NCBI RefSeq assembly: GCF_006345805.1
Contig: NC_043006.1
Coordinates: 76,756,001 to 76,820,000, forward strand
Origin: Octopus sinensis
Lineage: Eukaryota
DNA length: 64,000 bases
Direction of reading: 5' to 3'
In this document: one piece after another, positions 39,558-53,400 of the stretch
Position numbering within the stretch: the stretch's first letter is position 1
Layout of the letters: each line of letters opens with the position of its first letter
Program-made: the position numbers and the translations under genes
Notes under the pieces: model-generated
Databases searched by the model: none
Told to the model about the DNA's origin: nothing
What the model saw: the letters and a program-made list of their open reading frames with translations, nothing else

Positions 39558-40276
39558 AATAATAATAATAATAAGAAGAAGAACAATAATAATAATAATA
39601 ATAATAATAGCAACAACAGCAATATGTACTTGGAATCATTCATATCCTTAATGTAAAGAAAGAGCGTAAAGTATAGACAGCCGTTACTCGCAAGCGCGTA
39701 GGACATGTTGACATCTACTATAATTTTGCTGATTGTTTTAGATGACTATGAAGACTCAAGCAGACATAATAGACAACCTCTTAGACTGCTAACACTTGAT
39801 CCCACGGAACATCAGGGATGTTACTGATGATGGGAAAGATGGCAGTATCAGGCCAGGGCCGTTATTTATTACAGTTGAGCAGACGAGAACAATTTGCAAT
39901 TAAGTGATTAGTTCAAAGACACAAAGTCCCGCCAGACCCAGAAACTGATCTCATGAACTTTTAATCATGATATGGAAAGCCCTGATCATTAGATCACGAA
40001 CCATTACTCAAAGACAATAGTAAAATGCTATATATCATAATTAGGCCAATATTGCACTATGCACAACATATATGTAGAAGGAAAGGCCAGTCTAATTATG
40101 ACTATCTTACTTGGAAGGCGATTTGCAATCTTTTCCGATCCACAGCACACTGAATGAAGAGATAAGCGTGTTAAGAGTAATCACCAGCTTTCGTAATTTT
40201 ATTATGTATGCGTGTGTCAGTGTGTCTGTATTGTGTGCATGTGTTAGTAACTGCCTGTATCTCTATCTCTATCTGC

Positions 40277-40366
<90 letters not shown>

Positions 40367-40823
40367 ATACATACATACATATACACACTGGAATGCAAGC
40401 AAGACTGTTACTGACATAACTCATTAACATAAAGCCACAAGGTTGACAGCTCAACATTAATTACTGCAGCACCGCTGTGGATTATGAAGAAATATTTATG
40501 CACCGTCATATTTACATGTTATGTAATATTGTATTATTTTCTCTGGCTGTGAAATTTTGCAACTACGTTCAATCGACGGAATTTTCGACACCTTCGAATG
40601 AGAAATGAAGTAGCTTTTTATCTCGTATTTTTAAACGTTTTCTTCTAAGACATGAAAACATTGTTATCATGCATTTCCCAAATAGCTTAATTCCATAAAG
40701 ATATGTATACATATATTAACTGCGATGTGTTTTTTATCCTAATACAGACGATTCCGACCATTGCACTAAGTTATGTACGCGTATCGTGTAAGGTTACATA
40801 AAGGCACGAGTATTAGGTATATG

Positions 40824-40904
<81 letters not shown>

Positions 40905-40907
<3 letters not shown>

Positions 40908-41125
40908 AAGTTAATCCAAACAAGAAAATACAAAAAGAACAAAAGACACACAACAACGCGAGAACGTGGGACAAATAATGTATTATTGGACGCTCAGGAA
41001 AGAAGGGAAGAAGGAGGGTTTAACGTTTCGAGCGGAGCTCTTCGTCGGAAACATAGGAGAAGGAAAGATCCCGAGAAGGGAAGACAGAGGAAAAAAATCG
41101 CCAACGGTACTCACGAGGTCACACA
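40905..41125 (-). mobile_element. P2 repeat with hammerhead-like fold
   Basis: Minus strand 41052-41018: GTTT-CCGACGA-A-GAGC-TCC-GCTC-GAAAC-GTT-AAAC. Confidence 0.65.
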
Positions 41126-41138
41126 CACACACATATAT

Positions 41139-41218
<80 letters not shown>

Positions 41219-41225
41219 TGCATTC

Positions 41226-41263
<38 letters not shown>

Positions 41264-42149
41264 ACACATCTATATATATGTATATATATAATATATACAT
41301 ATATATATACATACATACATTTATTTATATACATGTATATATACATATATATATATGTAAATATAAAAATATATGTGTCTTTATATATAATTGTATGTAT
41401 ATATATATATGTGTGTTTGTGTGTGTGTGTGTACGTGTGCATGCATGTGTGTGTTCTAAACATCCCTAACATACATGGCACGTATAAAATGTTTTTATCA
41501 GAGGTTTGCTTTTTCTGGATAGATCTGGAACTAAAAAACACCTTCACTAATCTCAGGTAATGTAAATAATCAGTCATCATTTTCATGTGCTTCGCTATTT
41601 TGAATGCTTATTACGTGCTTTCATACCACAAGTGACACACATTTTCAGCTACTCCGACATGCCTTCGATAGTCGAGTGTTATATCAATGAGACTTGTACG
41701 GTATAGTTTCTAAAACATGTTACATCTCTCCGTGCACCGACGAATTGTCAATCCAATAAGCTGCAACTGATGTAGATGTAAGTACCTCTAACCGATCAGT
41801 AGAGCTGCAAGAAATGATTGCTAAATCTAACTCGTATCACATCCTGCCATATTTAAATATAAAGGTAAGACATATTCTATTGTGTACCCGGAAGTAAAGT
41901 AGCACAGATTGGTCACATCAGAAGTACGTTCTATAAATTCTCTATAGATATTCTATAGTTCTTCTATAGATTTACTCGATTAAAACTCATCTCTGGCCAA
42001 ACATCAGTAGTAATTCATAGCGTTTCTTTTTTCCCTTCGTTATGTTAGAAATATCTTGCTGTTTTATTTTTATGACTCGTTAATCACACAAAAATCTCCC
42101 TTAAGTAACTATTGGGAGTTACATACATTTGCAGGTGATTTATGGCCAT

Positions 42150-42570
42150 AGGCGTAGGAGTGGCTCTGTGGTAAGTAACTTGCTTACTAACCACATGGTT
42201 TTGGTTTCAGTCCGACTTCGTGGCACCTTGGGCAAGTGTCTTCTACTATAGGCTCGGGCCGACCAAAGCCTTGTGAGTGGATTTGGTAGACGGAAATTCA
42301 AAGAAGCCCGTTGTATATATGTAGATATATATATGTGCGTGTTTGTGTGTGTGTTTGTGTATCTGTGTTTGTCCCCCCAACATCGCTTGACAACTGATGC
42401 TGGTGTGTTTATGTGCCCGTCACTTAGCGGTTCGGCAAAAGAGAACGATAGAATAAGTACTGGGCTTCCAAAGAATAAGTCCCGGGGTCGATTCGCTCGA
42501 CCAAAGGCGGTGCTCCAGCATGGCCGCAGTCAAATTACTGAAACAAGTAAAAGATTAAAGAGTGAAAAGA
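42150..42570 (+). mobile_element. SINE B, full length
   Basis: Complete head, internal microsatellite, tail ggcggtgctccagcatggccgcagtc. Confidence 0.92.
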
Positions 42571-44809
42571 GAGCATATACGGAGTTAGTCTTATGATGAA
42601 AGGCGATGTACTGAATGTAGAATGTATATTTGTGAGTTGAGAGTTAATCATTGCAAGATGTTTACCATTTGTTAAACTCCTCGCGTCACAATTTAGAGAA
42701 TGTGCGGGCTAAGACTACGCGCCTTCACTAGTCAGTTAAGGTGAGACAGTGCCACGTGACAACTTGCTGGGGTTGCCTGCTGGAGCCTAGCGGCAGTTAT
42801 TTAAAGGGAAAATTTTGACAAGTCAGTCAGCCACTGGCTGACATTCGCTGACGCTCCATCAAAGAGGCCAGGGAACAGAAGAAAGAAGAAAGAAGACATG
42901 CACCCAACAGCAGAGCTGAAGACACCTCCGAAAGGAGGGGGCCGCCACATCAAAACGGTAGAGGAGTAGGGGCCGAAACCGGACGTGGTTCCTCCTGATG
43001 ATGTCTTGAGCTAACTGGATCCTATAAAGGAGTTGTTGTGGTAGCAGACCACGAAACACGGTTGTAATTCCATGCTTTTTATTTTTTCTGGAATTGAATA
43101 GTCTCATATTATGCAATTAAACGTTTTCTCAGAGATTAGCAGCGTGAGAAACAAAATTAATGTGCGTACGAGAATCGAAACAGTTTCATGATCTTACATC
43201 ACCTCGAAATTATCTCCTGCTCTACATTCCTTACCGCAATATGCTGCATAGACTTACATGGGCGGAAAATGTTTTAACTCTATCATACAAGCAACTAGCT
43301 AACTTCAAAGGTAAGGCAGTTTAAAGAAAGTGAAAGATTCACGCATAAATAGATAATTGTATTTATTTTATTTCTCTTCTGCTCGTCATTAATTAGGTGA
43401 TATACTTTCTACTGTAGGCAGAAATTCTCTGAATAATGTGTACAAATTGTTAAGTTATATTTTAACAGTTAATAAAGTGCTAAACTATCTTATAATCTCC
43501 AACACTGAAAATAACAACCGATACTTGTTGTTGTTTCAGTTAGCATTTCTTTTGTATATATTTATCTGATATATTCCTTTGTTTTGTTTTGTTTTCTTGT
43601 TGTTGTTGTTGTTTTGCTTTTATTTTTGCAAGAGAATTTCAAATAATTACATCTTTTAAAGTCCGAAAGGTTATCCTTAAATAATAAAGATACATTATAT
43701 CATTCTTTTTTTGGAAGGTTTCCAGTTTATACATTAGCGAGGAAAACAAGCGTCGCATAATCAGGTGTTTGTGAAAAATGTTGTTTGTTACACTTGTCAG
43801 TTATAGCGATTTCAAATATATTTTAGTTTTCTTCAGATAATTACCTACATTGAATTTGAATTGTTCTCTTATCTAAGCACATATATATTATTTATTCCCC
43901 AATGCCTTTGTCGTGTTAATACGCTGTGAGTACAATATTCAAATGACTTTCTCTCTCAACTTAACACATTAAAATGTTATCTGTTGCCTAATTTATGAGC
44001 CAGTCACAGATTCATATCTAATTAGTAACTTACTTCAATCAACTTGTATAAACAGCTGAGTAACATAATTGATTTTCTGCCTATTAGGCACACGTCCAGT
44101 TTCTGTGCAAAACAATAAAAGCAGCTTCAATATATTACACAAAATTTAATATATTACTGGTACTTATTCTCTTTTCGCCAAACGGAAAACGTTTATCGTG
44201 ATGATGTCTGATGAAGATGTTATTATTCCAGGTTAAAATGCCAAGATACCGAACTAACATTCTCGCAATGAACTTTAGGGGCTGGGTACAGTCAGTTATT
44301 CAGATGTCAATACTTGATTGATATTTGACTTATAGATTCAACAAAGAACCGAGGAGAACCCAAAAGCAAAAGCTATATCACGAAGAAACTTAACTAAAAT
44401 ACGCAAGGCGCTACCAATTCAGTTCTATCGAATCTTTAGCCTCACTGCCACCCACTAAATTAAAAATTTCATATTGAATTATATCATTATAATATAAATG
44501 TTTAATATATACTTTAATTCTCTATTACAAATTAAATGTTCTAATTTATCTTAAATCTTACCTTTCCTCTCTTTAAATATCATTTCAAATCTGTAAGTTT
44601 GCCGATATTGACAATGTAGCTTGCATGCCCCGAAAAATGCTGCTGCTCTAATTTTCCAGTGCATATTTCACCAAACAGAAACAGCAGCCCACGTTTATGA
44701 AGATGATATCAAACATGCTAGAATTTCCCAATAATCATGCTGGACCAAACTCATTTCAGTGAAGTCGGCAGTGAACTGTAACAGCGTCCAGTTAAACAGG
44801 GGACCTATA

Positions 44810-45026
44810 CGAGGGAGTGCTGGAATGTTCCTGGCTTTAAGGGTATCGCGAAAGGCTTGATTCGAGTTCCAAACTTCCGAGTTCTTTTACAGGTCTTAGA
44901 AAAACTGAAGGACCACTGCAATAAGTGTGTGAATCTGAGAGGGGGACATATTGAATAAAAACATAATTAACTGATTCTGTTGTATTTTCTTTTATCTAAA
45001 GCCAGGAACATTTCAACACCACCACG
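44810..45026 (+). mobile_element. Mariner-derived MITE (217 bp)
   Basis: TA-cgagggagtgctggaatgttcctggcttta ... taaagccaggaacatttcaacaccaccacg-TA; residual GLEKLKDHCNKCVNLRGGHIE*. Confidence 0.9.
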
Positions 45027-45620
45027 TATGGTTTCAGAAGTTTATCTGAGTGAATCTCCGAGATTATTAATTCAGATTAAAATTAAATTTAAGCTTGCAC
45101 TGAAGTGGATACAATTCATTGGTCGAGCGTGAAATAATTCAGAACAAACAGTGTAGAAATGCAAGTGTTTATCTCAATCACTTTTATGCTCTGCGTTCAA
45201 AAGTCACTGGGTTCGATGACGCTTTTCATCGTTCCGATATCGATTCAATTGCTTACACCGTTTTCTTTAATATGTGTACTTACACGCATATCATAAATCA
45301 ATACAATCCATAAAAGTTACAGCTGATCAAGTCAACAGGATACTGTATCCCCTTCAAAGAGCGTTTCTGGCCAAGGAGTAATATATAAATTTTCAAGTGT
45401 GTATTTTCCTTTTCGTCATGGAAAAAAAATTACTCTGTGGTTAAGAAATTTACATCTCAACTAAATAGCTTCAGGCGCGATCACACTGCAAATAACTTTG
45501 ATCAAAAATCTTTTATTTTAATCCTTAAGCTGACTAATACTGTGTTAGGCAGAGAAGAAATCATGATCAGAAGCCGCAGTCATATATAAATATACGTATG
45601 TCTGTATATGTGTATATGAT

Positions 45621-45654
<34 letters not shown>

Positions 45655-45659
<5 letters not shown>

Positions 45660-46238
45660 ATGAGGGTGTCTGAGAGACACCACCATGCCGAAATAGCAGT
45701 CGAAACTCTGACTATGAATCCACGTTAAATGTTCATATCGTACCATGAGATAAGACAGAGGGACAAAATAGACAAGCTAAAGTTATTGAATAATTCAAGA
45801 TCTAGGATTTCTGGTTTTGCTTTGAATAAGCTTTACCGTAATCAATTGAATATATCAAGAGTACATAAATACAGATATATATATGCAGAACAAACGATAT
45901 ACTTACATATACGAGCGTCCATACATACATACATATGTACGTATGCACACGACCAGTTAAATTGCCCGCCAAAAACCCCATAAGCACGATATGGTTAAAA
46001 TAAACACCGCAGTGAATATAATAACGAATTATATAAATTTATAAATGAGGACTATATCGATATTTAAATATCGATATTATCAAGTGGCCAGCATGGGAAA
46101 AAAATACCGTACAAAGTTAATAATTTTTTACAATTAAAAATTAGGGTGTCTGAGAGACACCACCATGCCGAAATAGCAGTCGAAACTCTTGCTGGCCACT
46201 TGATAATATCGATATTTAAATATCGATATAATCCTCAC

Positions 46239-46315
<77 letters not shown>

Positions 46316-46345
46316 ATGTATGTATATATGTATGTATATGTATGC

Positions 46346-46397
<52 letters not shown>

Positions 46398-46404
46398 TTA
46401 TAGG

Positions 46405-46442
<38 letters not shown>

Positions 46443-46660
46443 AGGGTATCTGAGAGACACCACCATGAGAAATAGCAGTCAAAGCCTGACTCTAAAAACC
46501 ACAAAAAATGTTCATATCACACCATGAGATAAGACAGAGGGACAAAATAAACTAGCAAAAAGATATCACTGAATAATTCAAGATCCTGGATTTCTAGCTT
46601 TGCTTCAAATAAGCTCTGCTTTCGTCAGTTCAAAATACCACATTAGCACATAAATACAAA
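45655..46660 (+). mobile_element. Family P3: partial tandem copies (period about 480 bp) with a fold-back at 46039-46244
   Basis: gggt(g/a)tctgagagacaccaccatg at about 45664, 46144 and 46444; inverted arms 46039-46093/46190-46244. Confidence 0.75.
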
Positions 46661-46666
46661 TATATA

Positions 46667-47170
46667 TCTTTATATATATAAAACTGAGAATGTGTGTCTG
46701 TCTGTCTGTGTGTTTCCCTAAAACTTGAGAACTACACAACCAATTTCATTCAAATTTTACACATGTCTTACTTAGGGTCCATGTATTTTCATGGGCAAAA
46801 AAAGTTCAACTTCTTGCCTAGAGCGAGCCCATAGCAATATCATATCTTCTCCACTATTTCAGTATTACGTGTTAAAAGTGAAACAAAAACATTACTCTAT
46901 TTTATGCCAGATACTTTCACTTTAACAATAAAAATAATAATAACAATTGAATTATATGTAGTAAGTAATAATTAAAATCAAACTAAAGTATAATATAATC
47001 GTAATATAAAAAAAATAGCAATTGGTATAAAATTGCATCAATAACTTGAACTTGAATAAGTTGTTTCACATGAATGGGAATAAATTAAAAATAAAATTAG
47101 CGTGCAGAAATGGAATAGTCCAGATGGATAATAAAAAATTAAATTAAAGCAGAGACAATTGTCTATAAAG
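46667..47170 (+). mobile_element. Helitron-like element, 5' part
   Basis: A|TCTTTATATATATAAAA start followed by a gtctgtctg tract; 3' CTAG terminus not found, end approximate. Confidence 0.55.
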
Positions 47171-47636
47171 TATACAATGTAGAGAAAAAAGAAGATTTGA
47201 AGTGTCTTGGTGCGACTATGAAAGACATCTAATCAGAGGCGGTAAATTCGCCACAATAGAAGCAAGGTTCGAGTCAACGGAGCGTGCAATGGAGTACTCG
47301 ACTCGGACTTGCAAAGTGGAAATATTTTATTTTTACCTTTATATCTGGGACAAGTAGATGTAGGCTGGATTGTAGCCACACTTCTATACAAGAGGGAGGA
47401 CAAGATACAATTGATCGAAATTACAAGAGACGGGCTTACAATTCCAGTCTATTATATATTTTGAATATTGTTATCACTGGCGATATCAAGATATAACTTT
47501 GTATTTTGTATTTTATGTGTAGATGTATATATATAGATGTACATGTAATATGTACACATATATATATATATATATATAGACATATATATATATATGCATT
47601 AGCACTATCACCCTGAAACGACGGGTCTTTAATGCT

Positions 47637-47890
47637 AGAGCAAGGCACTTTATTTCACGTTGCTCCAGTTCACTCAACTGTAGAAATGAGTTGCGACGTC
47701 ACAGGTGCCAAGCTGTATCGGCCTTTGTCTTTCCCTTGGATAACACTGGTGGCGTGGAGAGGGGAGGCTGGTATTCATGGGCGACTGCTGGTCTTCCATA
47801 AACAACCTTGCCCGGACTTGTGTCTAGGAGGGTAACTTTCTAGGTGCAATCCCATGGTCATTCATGACCGAAGGGGGTCTTTACCCCTTT
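47637..47890 (+). mobile_element. SINE family D, 5'-truncated
   Basis: CORE-like gagcaaggcactttatttcacgttgctccagttcactc; tail gtcattcatgaccgaagggggtc. Confidence 0.75.
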
Positions 47891-47914
47891 ATATATATAT
47901 ATATGTAAATGTAA

Positions 47915-48190
47915 AAAAATACAAACTGGGACAAGAACGTAAAACATTTAGGAGACAATACTAAAAACACGGACAGGACATTCGAAGCCTTCAATCTTCA
48001 GTCAAGAACCGGATCATCCTCGCAATTTCGGCTGATTAATATTGAGATTGCTCCGATCTGGCCAGCTCCAAAGGAAAACCTAAGCCAAGTGCATTAGATT
48101 CCTTGGAAGAAAGACTGGAATGTATACAAAACAAGAACTGAAAACCGGACGATGTTACAGAAATAAAAATGCAAAAATACGTAAAAACAA
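47915..48190 (-). mobile_element. Penelope-like repeat family P4
   Basis: Minus strand CTGAAGA-ttgaaggcttc-GAAtgtc degenerate hammerhead-like motif near 47980-48005. Confidence 0.4.
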
Positions 48191-48293
48191 TAATGATAAC
48201 ACGAATAAGTGTACAAAAATACAAAAATACGTAAAAACAATAATGGTAATAATAATAATAACAAAATTAATAATAATAATAATAATAATAACA

Positions 48294-48343
<50 letters not shown>

Positions 48344-48361
48344 TAATAATAATAATAATAA

Positions 48362-48417
<56 letters not shown>

Positions 48418-48839
48418 CAACAACAACAAAAACAGGACGTCACAGACAAGCGTCTTTTCGACTGGACGAATAAATTTTGAGCTGGCGTTAGAAATATGCC
48501 TCAGGGCGAGAGAGAGAGAAAAATGTGTCTTGCCGCGACGGCTGCTGGCCACGTAAAGGCTAGCAATCGGTCGGCTAGTCACGTGTGAGGAGAAGAGAGA
48601 GGAAAAGAGGGACAGATGACGAGAGGAAGAAGGAGAACAAGGAACAAAGGAGGAGGAGAAGAGAGAGAGAGAGAAAGAGACAGATCAAAGTGGAGTGCAA
48701 AATGTGAAAGGCAGAGAAATGTAGGAGAGGGGGGAGAGAGGGGAGAGAGAGACAGTGTTATAGAGGCGTACCATGTGTTAAAGATATATACAGAACACGT
48801 ACATATACACGTCCATACATATATATATGCACGTATGTA

Positions 48840-49169
48840 CAAGGCCAGATTTAAATTGCCCGCCAACTACCTCGTAAGCACGATATGGTCAAAATAAACA
48901 CCGCAGTGAATATAGTGACGAATTATATAAATTTATAAATAGGATAATATCGATATTATCAAGTGGTCAGCACGGGAATAAATACCATACAAAGGTAATA
49001 ATTTTTTACAACTATAAATAAGGGTATCTGAGGGTTTGACTCCTATTTCGGCATGGTGGTGTCTCTCAGATACCCTTATTTATAGTTGTAAAAAAATTAT
49101 TACCTTTGTATGGTATTTATTCCCATGCTAGCCACTTGATAATATCGATATTATCCTCATTTATAAATT

Positions 49170-49175
<6 letters not shown>
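48840..49175. mobile_element. P3 copy forming an about 110-bp inverted repeat with 32-bp spacer
   Basis: 48924-49032 vs 49065-49175, about 5 differences. Confidence 0.85.
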
Positions 49176-49201
<26 letters not shown>

Positions 49202-49214
49202 TACATACATAGAC

Positions 49215-49382
49215 ACAAGAGTAGCTGTGTGGTAAGTAGCTTGCTATCCAAACATATGGCTCCGGGTTCAGTTCCATGCGTGGTGCCTTGGCCGACCAAA
49301 AACTTATGAATGGATTTGGTAGACGGAAATTGAAAGAATCCTTTTGTACATAGGTGTGTGCATGTGCGCGCGTACGGGTGTG

Positions 49383-49419
<37 letters not shown>

Positions 49420-49575
49420 GTTTGTCCCTAACAGCACTTGATACCCGGTATTGATGTGCTTATATCCCCGTAACGGTTCGGAAAAAGACATTGATACAAT
49501 AAGTACTAGGCCTAATTTTCCAAAGCGGTACCCTTATATGGCTGCAATCTTGTGACTGAAGCAAGTAGAAAACAA
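49215..49575 (+). mobile_element. SINE B, diverged
   Basis: gagtagctgtgtggtaagtagc...gtgactgaagcaagtag. Confidence 0.8.
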
Positions 49576-49606
49576 TACATACATACATACATACATACAT
49601 ACATCA

Positions 49607-49640
<34 letters not shown>

Positions 49641-49653
49641 CATACATATATTT

Positions 49654-49684
<31 letters not shown>

Positions 49685-52411
49685 ATATTATATATATATT
49701 ATATATATATATTATACATTATATATACATACATATATATATGTTATTTTTATATTATATTGATGTGTAGGTATTTGTACCTACAAATGTATGCGTTTAT
49801 GAACGAAAGAAAAGCAAACACAATTGGTAATGTGGAATTGTATTGACAGATGGGAAGAGGGGATTTAACAGCAGTTACTCGGAATTTCACACACACGGAT
49901 CTATGTATCGAAACCTTCAGATGTCCGCTATTAATCTGTAGATTAGATCTTAAAGTAAAGTCTCCATTCATCGATGGTAAGTATAGTTTCTTTTTGTAAA
50001 ATAAAAAAGCCAGGTCACGAGGTATTATCGAAATCTACTTGCGAAATAACCGCTCTGTACATGTAGTGCGTAAAATCACGAATAGAGTGCTTGGCAGACA
50101 TCTTAGTAAAATTATTAATTATTTGCAAGGAAACTGATCGTCTGATATGATACTTGAACATCACCTCAGAATTTTTCGTGTGATACTGTAGACTGATTTC
50201 GGATATGCAGTGTTGTAGAGAGCCAGAGCCTGCACTTTGATGAAGTATGTTAAAGCTCTATGAACATTTTATTCAGTCATAGCGAAATTTTGTTATTCTA
50301 TCTTTAAGCCTCCAAACAAAACGAAAAAGGGAAATGAAGTCCCACCAATCATTTACCTAAAACAATTCAAAGTTATGATGGTATGACTCGGCTAGTTCTT
50401 CTGGATACCATCAAAAGGAGTTGATAACACGAAGTGGAAATGCAACAACTGATCAGTGGACAAGCAGATTCCTTTCAGCAATTATAGGTCAGTAGTTGGA
50501 GTAGGTGCTTAGTAATCTTTAGCTGCAAATTAAAATGCTTGAAACCATGCTTATCATATGAACACAACTTTCTTTAGACTTTACGTAAAGTATATAACTG
50601 ACAGTTTAGACCACATGAAACCGAACTGGGCATATATGTTACTAACCGTATGTGTGTGGATATGTATTTCAATGTTCGTTTTTAGACTTATAACACTACC
50701 GGTTTTAAAAAACTTAACTTAGAGATTTGAATATTTGATATCGATAAAGTATGTACTGCCGTATAATAAGTATTGGTATTGAAGCAATCGATTAAAACTT
50801 CTGAAGACACTAAACTCTGTACAACAATGAAAAATAAAGTTAGAATAAAGCAATGATAATATTTTTCATAATGGTAATTTTTTTTCTAACTGATAATCAT
50901 TACACGATGCAAAAAATTCATAAGTTGCCCCGCCCCTTGCAATGAGTCAACAGATAATGAGATATGACGATAATGAAGTACAAATATAATGGCGAGCAAA
51001 AAGGCCGAAATCGACAGTTTTGTTAATGTGAATGCATATATTTGATGTAACAAAGTGGATTAGTATAATGTCTACGTAGCAAGGAATGCGCCAGTTTTGC
51101 GTTAAATGACTCACCAACAATATTCTGCAAAGTATAGTGGCGTATATTCATGTACAGCTTTTAACAGTATTGTCGACTTCCATCTTATAACCGAATCCAT
51201 TTATGCCTGTTCATCTATATATTTATCATTTTATGTTTGATCTAGTTACTACAAAACCATATCAGTTTCACAATCAAGGTTTCTAGATAGATCATATAGA
51301 TTGCAACATTTTGCTAATGGCTACCTCAGATTCGAAGCAGCAGATAAACTAAATCAATAAGATTCTCCGATATGTCTTTTAATGTACTCTGCCCTTGGCT
51401 AATAAAATAATTCGCTTCACAATACTTTCAGCAATACCTAAGTAGCAAGTTGAGGATTTTACTTTACCATAGCAATCAGTGACAGTTCGATAGATTTGAT
51501 TAGTATTTCATTAGCTTTCGTTAATGAGTACAGCTCATTAGCTGCATCTTTGATTCAGCTTAAAGGAGGCTGGGATCCATCGCAATGTATAGCCTAAGAT
51601 ACAGCCTAAGAAGATACGCCATCTCTAATGCCACAGTAACGAGTGAGTGATTTACAAAATCATGCCTTGGGTGCAACTACGACAATTGAACTATCAGCAT
51701 AGCTGTGTGGTAAAAAGGAAAACACATAGCCTTTGCATAATGCTTTCAATTGTGTATTGTATCATATGAGATATCAAAGTGACTAAAAGTATTCAACCAC
51801 GAACACTGAAGTGAAGCTATGTATTTTCATATTTCCTTACTGACATTGTTATGAATATATTGTGAGAAAAGAAGCATCGTATTATGACACCATCTGTCAT
51901 AAAATACTTCATCGATTTCTAGTTAGTTCCAGTTTCTGTAGCTTAGATGTTTACCTAAGGAAACGTTGATCTATTTTGTGGTAGATCTACGAACAAAGAG
52001 TAAATTGAGGAAGTTTCCCACGGTTTAAGAAGTGGTGATGTTTTTCTTTCCCTCTTATATAACGGAAGTTTTGCAGTTGCTTATTAATTTGCCTGGATGA
52101 GAAATTTCATTTTATTTATTTCCACCTGTCGAGTGTGTGTAGCATTTTTGCTAGGATTGGAGATTGATATTTTAAGGCAGAAATTTCTTTTACCTGCTTC
52201 TGAAGCAAAATTGAGAATTTTAGTATTTTTCTACCTTAGTATCTTACATGTACATAATCTAATATGTATGTATGTGTGTTTATGCAAATATATATACACA
52301 TATATATGCACATATATACATATCCATACATATATACTGATATATACATGTAATGTATATACTGATATATACATGTAATATATATATACTACATAAATAT
52401 ATCTTATATTT

Positions 52412-52615
52412 TAACTTTTAATTGTTTCAATCATTAGACGGCGGTCATGCGGGGGCATAGCTTTGAAGACCTTGTAGCCCAATGACTTGATCCCAATAAT
52501 TATAAGCCTGGTACTTATCTATCGGGTTCTTTTGCCGAACTGCTAAGTTTCGGGGACTTAAACACATTAAAACCGGTTTTCAAGCGGTGAGGAGGGGAAA
52601 AACACAGACATACAC
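52412..52615 (-). mobile_element. SINE B, 3' half, diverged
   Basis: gcggtcatgc...aagcctggtacttatctatcggg. Confidence 0.7.
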
Positions 52616-52644
52616 ACACACCCACACATACATACACACACAGG

Positions 52645-52681
<37 letters not shown>

Positions 52682-52761
52682 GGTTGGAATATAGAAATTT
52701 TTTCTACCAGTGGCCCAGCATGTATGAAACACAATATAAATATATTTTTCATATAAAATTA

Positions 52762-53025
52762 GTATACACTTAAAAACAAAGAAGGTGACTCTAACAGGAC
52801 ACCTTACATGCTAGAAGGAATAGTCAAATCCAAACCACGGTTAAGAGCAATTTCGAAGGGAATGAAAAATAAAAACATTTACCATATTTTGTTACCGGAC
52901 CTAGGTTTCGAACTTTAATTAACGAATAAAATAAGGTTTGTTAACCGTGGCTTGGATTTTGACTGTTCCTTCTAGCATGTAAGGTGTCCTATTAGGGCCA
53001 CCCCTTTTGTGTTTAAATGTACACT
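52762..53025. mobile_element. MITE with about 65-85-bp TIRs
   Basis: aggacaccttacatgctagaagg...ccacggttaa vs ttaaccgtgg...ccttctagcatgtaaggtgtcct. Confidence 0.8.
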
Positions 53026-53058
53026 AATTATATATAGAGATAGATAGATAGATAGATG

Positions 53059-53138
<80 letters not shown>

Positions 53139-53139
53139 T

Positions 53140-53400
53140 ATTTACCTGTGTCTGTGCGACTTCTTCTTTCAGTTTCCATCTCCCAAGTCCGCTCATAAGG
53201 TTTTGATCGACTCGAAGAAGACATTTGATCAAGGTGTCACGCAGTAGGACTGAACCTGGAACCATGGTAGAGCAGCGTCTTGAGGAATTTTAGTTGAACT
53301 AATCGACCACAGTACTTATTTTATTTTTTTATAAACATGGTACTTATTCCATCGATCTGCTTTGCCGAACTACAAAGGGACGTAAACATACCAACACAGA
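53140..53400 (-). mobile_element. SINE B fragments (5' half, then a 3' half)
   Basis: gaagacatttgatcaaggtgtcacgcagtaggactgaacc and tcgaccacagtacttatt...tttgccgaac. Confidence 0.65.

Noticed and set aside
42970-43005. GAAAC..CTGATGA as a type II hammerhead
   Set aside because: Only 4 nt available for stem I, so it cannot fold
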